Shown here piece by piece: positions 57,192-64,000 of a DNA stretch of 64,000 nucleotides; within the stretch, counting starts at the first letter, position 1; each line of letters opens with the position of its first letter. Below the pieces are notes generated by a model. The model saw only the letters and a program-made list of their open reading frames with translations, had not been told where the DNA came from and did not search any database. The stretch covers positions 2,978-66,977 of the forward strand of contig CAZOJE010000002.1 of the NCBI GenBank assembly GCA_964580065.1, written 5' to 3'. The stretch is from an uncultured Candidatus Saccharibacteria bacterium (GTDB lineage Bacteria; Patescibacteriota; UBA1384; DTJR01). Position numbers and translations under genes: made by a program.

Positions 57192-58436
57192 TTAAGGTAT
57201 AAAATTTTTAAAAATGTCCTTAACCTTATTGAAAGCCCCTCCCAACCTTTCAGTTTTGGTTCCTTGCTTGTTTTTATTAGACACAAAGTTAGACGTTTCG
57301 TCAATACCCCACAAAACTAAACCAATGGCTGTGGCGTACTCCGGATCATCTAATTTCTCGATTACACCGGGCAATTCTAAATTGTTTTGTCCAATTTGAA
57401 TTGGCAGACCAAGATTTTGCTTGGCAAATTTTTGCAAACCGTTTAACTTTGACCCGCCGCCGACAAAAACGGCGCCAGCCGGCAACATGCCGTCGCGGTC
57501 GATCGACTTTAACTCATCTTTAATCATCGCAAAAAGTTCATTCAAACGCGCTTCGACAATTTCGGAAATATAACGGCGGTTGGGTTTATCTGTTTCATTT
57601 TTGTCATATTTAGATAGATCAACCTTGTCCGATTCCTTTACTTCGGAAACTCTGACATCGACTTCGTTCAGTTTAATTTTTTCCGCCGCATCAAGTGAAA
57701 TCTTTAAACCGATAGCAATGTCATTGGTGATGTGGTTTGAGCCGATTGGCAAAACCTTGCTGTGAATAACGGTGCCTTCTTCAAAAACTGCCATAGTTGT
57801 GTTTGTCGATCCGATGTCGATTATAACAACGCCAATTTCTTTTTGCTTTTTTGTTAGATAGGCCTTAGCTGAAGCGAGGGGTGAAAAAACAATCCCTTCG
57901 ATTTCTAAGCCGGCTTGAGCAATGGCTTTTGAGAAATTTTTTAAAGCGGGTGTTGATGAACCAATAACGTGACATTGAGCTTCAAGACGAATACCGGTCA
58001 TGCCGATCGGATCCTTAATACCGGATTGGCCATCAACGGTGAACCATTTTGGAATAATGTGCAAAATTTCAAAATTTTGAGGTAGGGCGACGGATTTAAC
58101 GGCGTCAATAACTCTATCGACATCGGCTTGTTGGATTTCGCCATCGCCGCGGCTGACAGCAATAACGCCCTTTGAGTCAACTGAAATTATTTGATTTCCG
58201 CCAAAAGAAGCGTAGCAAGAGTCGATCGGCACACCGCTCGATCTTTCCGCTTCGTCTAAAGCGGCCGAGATCGCGCTGACAGTATCTTCGATATCGACAA
58301 CTGCTCCCTTTCTCATTCCTGAATTCGGCGCTTTACCAAAGCCGTTGATTCTAATCATTCCTTCCTGAATTTGACCAACTATGGCAATTACTTTGGTTGA
58401 TCCAACGTCGATTCCGACGATAGTGTCGTTACTCAC
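57192..58436 (-). CDS. ftsA: Cell division protein FtsA
   Basis: GIDVGSTK, IDIGS, HITNDIA, VGGGS and YATAIGL motifs. Confidence 0.97.
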   Translation of the reverse strand: MSNDTIVGIDVGSTKVIAIVGQIQEGMIRINGFGKAPNSGMRKGAVVDIEDTVSAISAALDEAERSSGVPIDSCYASFGGNQIISVDSKGVIAVSRGDGEIQQADVDRVIDAVKSVALPQNFEILHIIPKWFTVDGQSGIKDPIGMTGIRLEAQCHVIGSSTPALKNFSKAIAQAGLEIEGIVFSPLASAKAYLTKKQKEIGVVIIDIGSTNTTMAVFEEGTVIHSKVLPIGSNHITNDIAIGLKISLDAAEKIKLNEVDVRVSEVKESDKVDLSKYDKNETDKPNRRYISEIVEARLNELFAMIKDELKSIDRDGMLPAGAVFVGGGSKLNGLQKFAKQNLGLPIQIGQNNLELPGVIEKLDDPEYATAIGLVLWGIDETSNFVSNKNKQGTKTERLGGAFNKVKDIFKNFIP

Positions 58437-58447
58437 TCAATCCTCCC

Positions 58448-58819
58448 CTATTTATGATGTATTCCAACTAAATGATCGATACCATGACAGACATAAAAAT
58501 AAAACTCTTCATCAAAGGATTTATTCAATTTTTTTGCCTGCGATTTTATTATATCACTACACACCACAACAGTTCCAATAAAATCACATTCGGCGACGGT
58601 CGGGAAATCGGCAACAGGAAAACTCAAAACATCGGTGGCATAATCATGATTGAGAAAATCGCGATTTAGACGACGCATTTTTGCTTTGCCGACAATATCG
58701 AGTTCGATCCAAGCATTTTCTTTTTTCCTGTAACGCAAATGCTTCTTTATTACTCTTTGAGCATCATCAAGGGAAATTCCAAAATCGCCCCTTATTTTTA
58801 GAAATATTTTATTTTGCAT
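58448..58819 (-). CDS. ybeY: rRNA maturation RNase YbeY
   Basis: LNRDF...ATDVLSFP and HGIDHLVG motifs. Confidence 0.9.
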   Translation of the reverse strand: MQNKIFLKIRGDFGISLDDAQRVIKKHLRYRKKENAWIELDIVGKAKMRRLNRDFLNHDYATDVLSFPVADFPTVAECDFIGTVVVCSDIIKSQAKKLNKSFDEEFYFYVCHGIDHLVGIHHK

Positions 58820-59660
58820 ATTTACGTTTGTGATGAATATGGCTAAGTGTTTCGGTGATTGCTTTAGCGATTTTTTTGAGCTCCGCCGGAGTCAGCGAGC
58901 AATCATCAAGCTGACCAGAATCAAGCTTTTTGTTGATTTCGCCTGTTACTAGTCTTTCTATAGCTTCCTCATTCAATTTTTTTTCGTTACGCGATTTGGC
59001 CTCGACGCAATCGGCGATCATGACAATAGCGGCTCGTTTTGATTTTGGTTTTGGCCCGGGGTAGCAAAAGTTTTGTTTTTTCAATGAGTCAACTCTTGTA
59101 TTACCGTGATGTTGGGCAATAACGCTAATTATTTCTGACGGCAAATCTTTTTTGCGGGCAATTTTTACGCCGTCTTCAACATGAGCAATGAGATTTTTTG
59201 CTAATTCTTCTTTACTTATATCGATCAGGGCTCCTTCGGGACGATTTTCGATAAATAAAACGGGATTTTTCATCTTGCCAATGTCATGGTAGTACCCGCC
59301 AAGACGTAAATATTGGTCGTTTAGCCCAATCGCTTTTCCGGCAGCCGAGCAAAGTTGGGCAACATTTGTCGAATGCATAAAAGTCCCCGGGGCTTTTTTG
59401 GCCAATGAAGATAAAATGGGATTGTTCAGATTACCAAGATAATTAAGTTCGCTAAAGGAACTTTTTTCACTTAGGATTTTTTTCCACTTAACATTGGTGG
59501 CAAAGGCCAAAAAAACCGCATCGGCAAGAATAATCAATGTTTTGGTCTTGGTTGTAAAACTGCTGGTCAGCAAAAGGAGTAGAACGAAATTATTCAGAAA
59601 AAAATATAAAACACTCAAAAGAAGCTTTTTATTAATTTTACCAAAGTTCATTTTTAACAA
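58809..59660 (-). CDS. Membrane HD-domain phosphohydrolase (truncated PgpH-like)
   Basis: APGTFMHS, YYHDIGK, FIEN, QHHG, YPGPKP and MIADCVEA motifs; about 2 TM helices. Confidence 0.85.
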   Translation of the reverse strand: MLKMNFGKINKKLLLSVLYFFLNNFVLLLLLTSSFTTKTKTLIILADAVFLAFATNVKWKKILSEKSSFSELNYLGNLNNPILSSLAKKAPGTFMHSTNVAQLCSAAGKAIGLNDQYLRLGGYYHDIGKMKNPVLFIENRPEGALIDISKEELAKNLIAHVEDGVKIARKKDLPSEIISVIAQHHGNTRVDSLKKQNFCYPGPKPKSKRAAIVMIADCVEAKSRNEKKLNEEAIERLVTGEINKKLDSGQLDDCSLTPAELKKIAKAITETLSHIHHKRKYAK

Positions 59661-60092
59661 TTACAAATATTTTTGCAAAATAGCTGAAACTGTTTTCCCG
59701 TCAGCTCTATCACCAATTTGCGCCATTATTTGGCCCATTAGCGGACCGAATGATTTATCGGTCGACTTTTCAACGATGCTCTTGACGATATTTTCAATTT
59801 CCTCAACTGGCATTTCTTCTGGAAGAAATTTTTTAATTTCATCAATTTCGAATTGCATTTTTTCAACTAAATCTTGTCTTTTGGCTTCTTTGTATTGCAA
59901 AAGCGCTTCGCTTCTTTGCTTTAGCTCATGTTTAAGCGTTTTTGTTGCTTCGTTGTCATCGAATTTATCCGCTAAATCTTTTTGTTTCGACAAAAGAGAC
60001 GCTTTTAGCGTTTGCAATAAAACTCGGCGCTGGGCATTACCGGCTTTGTATTCAACAATTATTTCTTTTGAGATATCATCGAGAATTTTCAT
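59661..60092 (-). CDS. GatB/YqeY domain protein
   Basis: ELKQRSEA...KFLP...MGQIM...ADGK; lies next to rpsU. Confidence 0.9.
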   Translation of the reverse strand: MKILDDISKEIIVEYKAGNAQRRVLLQTLKASLLSKQKDLADKFDDNEATKTLKHELKQRSEALLQYKEAKRQDLVEKMQFEIDEIKKFLPEEMPVEEIENIVKSIVEKSTDKSFGPLMGQIMAQIGDRADGKTVSAILQKYL

Positions 60093-60203
60093 TTTCCTAT
60101 CACATAAGTTGAACCAGTTATTTTAGTCAGTTGGTATATCACAAAAATGGCCAAAATAACGATTATTGCATAAATGCATAACCATACTGGCTTTATTTTC
60201 TTC

Positions 60204-60383
60204 TTACCATCCTCGCTTGTACTCATTCTTGACGGCCTTTCTTATAGCATCTTGTCTCTTTTTTGCTCTAGAAGGCTCTTTTTCGCGATAACGTCTTCTT
60301 TTTGCTTCAGTGAGAATTCCGCTTAATTGGACTTCTCGAAAGAATTTTCTGATCATTACATCGGGACTTTCACTTCTTCTCAA
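60204..60383 (-). CDS. rpsU: 30S ribosomal protein bS21 (missing from the ORF track)
   Basis: GAGGTG RBS and TTG start; MRRSESPDVMIRKFFREVQLSGILTEAKRRRYREKEPSRAKKRQDAIRKAVKNEYKRGW; conserved rpsU-yqeY order. Confidence 0.9.
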   Translation of the reverse strand: MRRSESPDVMIRKFFREVQLSGILTEAKRRRYREKEPSRAKKRQDAIRKAVKNEYKRGW

Positions 60384-60535
60384 TTAAATCACCTCTTTCT
60401 CGTTAATTAGAATAGCAAAAATAATCCTATTTTTCAACGCTTAAGAGTAAAAACAGCGCTTATAAGGGATGATTTAAAATAGTAAATAATCATAAAACAA
60501 TTTGGGTTCTTTTTCCTGCAAATATGGGTGGCATC

Positions 60536-60564
60536 TTGACAAATTGAGAAATTCATAGTATAAT
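60536..60564 (+). promoter_or_regulatory. Perfect consensus sigma70 promoter
   Basis: TTGACA-17 nt-TATAAT. Confidence 0.85.
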
Positions 60565-60606
60565 AACGGCTTCCCAAAATATGGGAATTTTTTATTTTAG
60601 GAAGTT

Positions 60607-61212
60607 ATGATGAAACACAAAATTCAATTGCTGGGTTGGGCGCTGATTGTCGTCATGGCGATCCTACTCAATCCTAGCCAAAGTGCCTTATCGTATTCAG
60701 ATGATTCGAGCTTAAAAGTCCCGATAGAAATTAAGGATGGCTTCGAAATTACCACCATTAGTCCGAAAATAGTCATTACTCCGGGTGAAAGCGAATATAC
60801 GAAAAAACAAAAAAGCTTGGCTAAAAAAGCTTCTACTTCAAGCGTGGCTGTATCTTCGTCTAAGCAATATACTCTAGATGAACTAAAAAGCTTCTATAAA
60901 CAAGCGGCTAGCCAATTTGGTATTGACCCGAAATTGTTAGAATCTGTCCACCAAGTCGAATCGGGTAAGTCTTCTTATTGTAAAACCAGTTCAGCTGGAG
61001 CAATGGGACCAATGCAATTTTTGCGTTCAACTTTTGCTCATTACAGCGACGGTAACATTTGTGATGCTAAAGATGCTATCTTTGCTGCGGCTAAATTGTT
61101 AGCGGCAAATGGCGCTTCTGATGGTGATATTAGATCTGCTCTTTACAGCTATAACCATTCTCAAAAATACGTTAATTTAGTTATTAGCGTAATGGATAGT
61201 ATCCCGTCCTAA
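60607..61212 (+). CDS. Lytic transglycosylase (SLT) domain protein
   Basis: Signal peptide or TM helix; HQVES, SSAGAMGPMQF and YNH motifs. Confidence 0.9.
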   Translation: MMKHKIQLLGWALIVVMAILLNPSQSALSYSDDSSLKVPIEIKDGFEITTISPKIVITPGESEYTKKQKSLAKKASTSSVAVSSSKQYTLDELKSFYKQAASQFGIDPKLLESVHQVESGKSSYCKTSSAGAMGPMQFLRSTFAHYSDGNICDAKDAIFAAAKLLAANGASDGDIRSALYSYNHSQKYVNLVISVMDSIPS

Positions 61213-62306
61213 AAAAACGTTGGCGTTACTTCGGGTGGAATTATCTCGTACCAGAAATTACCGCCGTTAAATTGAATTTCCTGACCGGATTCATCATAGA
61301 ACTTTGTTCTATCTGTCAAAGAAGTTTTTTTCCAAGTGGCGCTAATTAACTTACCATCTTGCATGATCGTTGCGTTGCCGGAGCCTATAGTCTTGAAAAT
61401 CCAGTTTTGACTGCCATAACTTCCTGTCGGGTCGAGAGTGCGCGAAACGGTTTGAATAATAATATTCTTGGCCGTTATTTGTTTGCCAGTGTTGCGATCG
61501 GTATGCTCTTTTCCAGCTAAAAAGCGCAAATAAACATTATTTGTCGGGTCATAAGTCCATTTCACTTTATAGGAAATGTTGTTAGAGAAGTCTATTTCAG
61601 CGCCCTTGCCAATTTCGGTCGTGGGAGAGTCTTTTTTGAAAGTGAATTTAGTAAAATCCATTCCATTTGTGTCGAATTTCTTGCTTTTGGCGTAGTCGTA
61701 AAGCTTTTCGGTTGAAGAAAAAAGCGTGTGCTCGCTAGCTACCGAACGTCCTTTTGAGTCACGGTAAAAATACTTTGCTGAATGATTCAAATCTTTAATT
61801 TTGTACGAATCAATATTGGCTAAAGCATCTTCATTCCCGCCGGCATGAGCGAAAAAGGCGTCATATTCTTTGAGCCAGTCCATAAAAAATAAACGTGCAC
61901 TTCGAACCGGGCCGACCTCCTTAGCATCTTTTGGCCCAAAAATAGCCAAGAATCTAGTAATACCGCCTTCGGTTATTGCTTCATAAACAATGCTAGCGTC
62001 AGATAAACCGGATTGCGGCCGAGCGTCAGGGTGATTTTCGATCGAAACCGCCAGAGGATGCCGGTCAACCAATTCTTTGGAGGTATACAGCGCGCCATCT
62101 AGGGGCGATTGATAAGTAACAGGTGTTGGCGTGACCTTTGGTTTGTTGATAGAAACGGTTTGTGTGCCGCCTTTCTTTTTTAAATAATGGCCGGCGGCCA
62201 CGCCGGCAACAATGAAAATTGCCACGCTTATTAGAACAACACCAATTATTTTATATTTTTTGCTTATGCCTTTTTGGATCGGTTTACCGTCTTTTTTTTC
62301 TTCCAA
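61209..62306 (-). CDS. DUF3048 domain protein
   Basis: ENHPDARPQSGL, EGGITRFLA, GPVRSAR and HAGG motifs. Confidence 0.9.
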   Translation of the reverse strand: MEEKKDGKPIQKGISKKYKIIGVVLISVAIFIVAGVAAGHYLKKKGGTQTVSINKPKVTPTPVTYQSPLDGALYTSKELVDRHPLAVSIENHPDARPQSGLSDASIVYEAITEGGITRFLAIFGPKDAKEVGPVRSARLFFMDWLKEYDAFFAHAGGNEDALANIDSYKIKDLNHSAKYFYRDSKGRSVASEHTLFSSTEKLYDYAKSKKFDTNGMDFTKFTFKKDSPTTEIGKGAEIDFSNNISYKVKWTYDPTNNVYLRFLAGKEHTDRNTGKQITAKNIIIQTVSRTLDPTGSYGSQNWIFKTIGSGNATIMQDGKLISATWKKTSLTDRTKFYDESGQEIQFNGGNFWYEIIPPEVTPTFF

Positions 62307-62320
62307 CTCCCCTCCTAAAT

Positions 62321-62710
62321 CTATTTTATAAGGTTCAAGCCAATTTGCTCATCGAAATATCTTTCGACTTCATTTGATGAAGCAAAAAAGCAAAACTCAA
62401 AAGTTGCCCCAACTATTCCTTTCGAAATATGGCCGGAAAATGTTTCAAAATTTTTATTTGATAAAACAGCGTGTGGATGAATTCCCATTTTTCCGTCTGG
62501 CAACTTTCCGACAACACCGACAAAAGAGCCGATTTCCAAAGGGCCTTCAATTTGTTTTTGGGAATACTCCTTCTCTTCAAGCAAATAAAGTTTAAGTTCG
62601 GCCTGTTCAAGAGCACCCAAGCCGACAATTAAACCCGAAGGTTTATCGGCAACAAATTTTTCCAATTCTTCTATTAAATTATCACCTTTTTTAAGACGAT
62701 GAATTTCCAT
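62321..62710 (-). CDS. PPC/DUF296 domain protein
   Basis: RLKKGDNL, GLGAL, HPHAVL and GHI motifs. Confidence 0.85.
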   Translation of the reverse strand: MEIHRLKKGDNLIEELEKFVADKPSGLIVGLGALEQAELKLYLLEEKEYSQKQIEGPLEIGSFVGVVGKLPDGKMGIHPHAVLSNKNFETFSGHISKGIVGATFEFCFFASSNEVERYFDEQIGLNLIK

Positions 62711-62924
62711 TTTGTACCTCCAAAACTTTATGGACTGATTGCTTTCCTTTTATTATTCTAATCGATTTTGGCTCAACATTAAACTCCTTAGCCGCTAGAT
62801 CGATTAACTCAATATTGGCCCGGTTCCCTTTTGGCAGGGCCTTAAGATGCGCTACCAATTTTCCACGATCGTGTGAAAAAAAACTTCTGTTTTGGCCTGT
62901 TTTGCAATCGATTTTTATTTCCAT
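62691..62924 (-). CDS. DUF167 (UPF0235/YggU) protein
   Basis: PKGNRANIELI...IRIIKGKQSVHK. Confidence 0.8.
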   Translation of the reverse strand: MEIKIDCKTGQNRSFFSHDRGKLVAHLKALPKGNRANIELIDLAAKEFNVEPKSIRIIKGKQSVHKVLEVQNGNSSS

Positions 62925-63532
62925 ACTTTCCTAAATATAATCAGCAATAAATTAAGTAAAAATAAGCAAATAATTGTTGCACAGAAGACTATTAGCAAAT
63001 ATTCATTAAAAAGCATATGGGAGAAAATTTTATTTCGGAAAACTATAATTGTTAGTAATATTAATATTGAAGCGACGGCCGAATTGGCGATGTCACGGCT
63101 TGAAGGAAACATGCTCAAGAACACCGAGAAACCCAAGTAAATTAAAACGATTTTCCAGATAAGGATTATATTCACTTGCGTGGAAAAAATTTTGTAAATT
63201 AAAACTAAAAATAAAAGACCGATAACTAAAGGCGCCGTAGAAATAAAAAAATCTCTTATTTGGTTTTTTCTTTTTGACTCATATTCAACAAATCCTTCAC
63301 CTTGAGAAAATAGTTTCATTCTTTTTATTCGCACGCCAAAGATGAGACAAAAAACGGCGTGCGAAAGCTCATGTAAAACTACGCCCGGATAAAGCAAAAA
63401 ATACAGCCAAATTTTGCTAGCAGAGACTTGTGTCAAAAAAAGATTTTTAAGCTTATAAATCAAAAAAGACCCAATCAGAATCGAGATGATTAAGCCATTC
63501 GGACTATTTAGCGCCGAGAGTAACGACTGCAT
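62915..63532 (-). CDS. M50-like membrane metallopeptidase
   Basis: PGVVLHELSH, ISTAP and PSSRD motifs; multiple TM helices. Confidence 0.8.
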   Translation of the reverse strand: MQSLLSALNSPNGLIISILIGSFLIYKLKNLFLTQVSASKIWLYFLLYPGVVLHELSHAVFCLIFGVRIKRMKLFSQGEGFVEYESKRKNQIRDFFISTAPLVIGLLFLVLIYKIFSTQVNIILIWKIVLIYLGFSVFLSMFPSSRDIANSAVASILILLTIIVFRNKIFSHMLFNEYLLIVFCATIICLFLLNLLLIIFRKVWK

Positions 63533-63998
63533 CGTATTGGCTGGCTATTGAATCAGATTTTTGAATTTCTGCCTTGTATTCCTTTTCTAGAGATGTTTGT
63601 AGGGCTTTAGCCAAATCTTCTTTGCCTGTTTTGTAATAAATTATCGAACTTGTGTATGCTTTAGTAGCGTTGTTCACCAAAACAATATTAAAACCATCCT
63701 CTTTGAGGATTTGGGCGATTCTTTTTCCTTCACCGTTGATAGAGTTGCCATTAGCTACCCTAACTGTGCCGGTTATATTTACGGTTTTAGACTCTTGAGC
63801 GCTAGCGGTAATAGTTTCTGTTTCGGTTACGCTGGCTGTCGCACTTTCAACGGCCGATTCTTCGGCGGTAGTTGTGGCAACTGCATTGGTGCCGTTTTTA
63901 TTTCCACTGTCTTTTAGAAAAACGTACAAAGAAATACCGGCGGCCAGAAGCAGGGCAACGACACCCAAAACAAGATAAAAAACTCCGCCGCCTTCCTT
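63504..63998 (-). CDS. LytR C-terminal domain membrane protein (5' end lies beyond the window)
   Basis: TM helix, VRVANG...G.G, GF, IIYY and DAVVTLG motifs; frame open to the window edge. Confidence 0.85.
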   Translation of the reverse strand, partial: KEGGGVFYLVLGVVALLLAAGISLYVFLKDSGNKNGTNAVATTTAEESAVESATASVTETETITASAQESKTVNITGTVRVANGNSINGEGKRIAQILKEDGFNIVLVNNATKAYTSSIIYYKTGKEDLAKALQTSLEKEYKAEIQKSDSIASQYDAVVTLGAK

Positions 63999-64000
63999 TG

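Noticed and set aside
59494-60126. 210-aa + strand ORF
   Set aside because: It is antisense to yqeY and the HD gene, with no recognisable motifs.
1-64000. tRNA, rRNA, CRISPR arrays, transposases, alternative genetic code
   Set aside because: None recognised. Genes are full length under code 11, and TGA is used as a stop (e.g. prfB, trxA).

Overview
A 64-kb chromosomal window from an AT-rich (roughly 40% GC by eye), gene-dense bacterium. Its gene content (tandem VirD4/TraG-like ATPases, DUF3048, UvrD-nuclease fusion, split ribosomal operons, many orphans, no biosynthetic pathways) suggests Patescibacteria/CPR; this is an inference. Genes run on + up to 21746 and mostly on - after 22548, converging on an 800-bp AT-rich gap that holds a 28-bp dif-like site, probably the replication terminus. 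Housekeeping genes include dprA, topA, recR, cysS, prfB, pth, rplA/J/L, tgt, secDF, trxB, gap, rmuC, nrdR-nrdJ, ftsZ/A, ybeY and rpsU. The most unusual locus is 6600-10180. It has about 350 nt of almost fully base-paired non-coding sequence (two long G-U-rich hairpins plus three short ones). This leads into a GC-rich pair of secreted-protein genes, one with 34 uninterrupted collagen triplets, and then an LPKTG-type surface protein that shares an Asn-rich 'ITN..N.N...NSNS' motif with the collagen protein. A 14-bp direct repeat brackets the GC-rich part. Other notable points are a minimal B12 salvage/use module, a Nudix-guanylate kinase fusion, a truncated PgpH-like HD protein, several probable leaderless genes, and two small genes missing from the ORF track. 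No tRNA, rRNA, CRISPR array, transposase or integrase was recognised.
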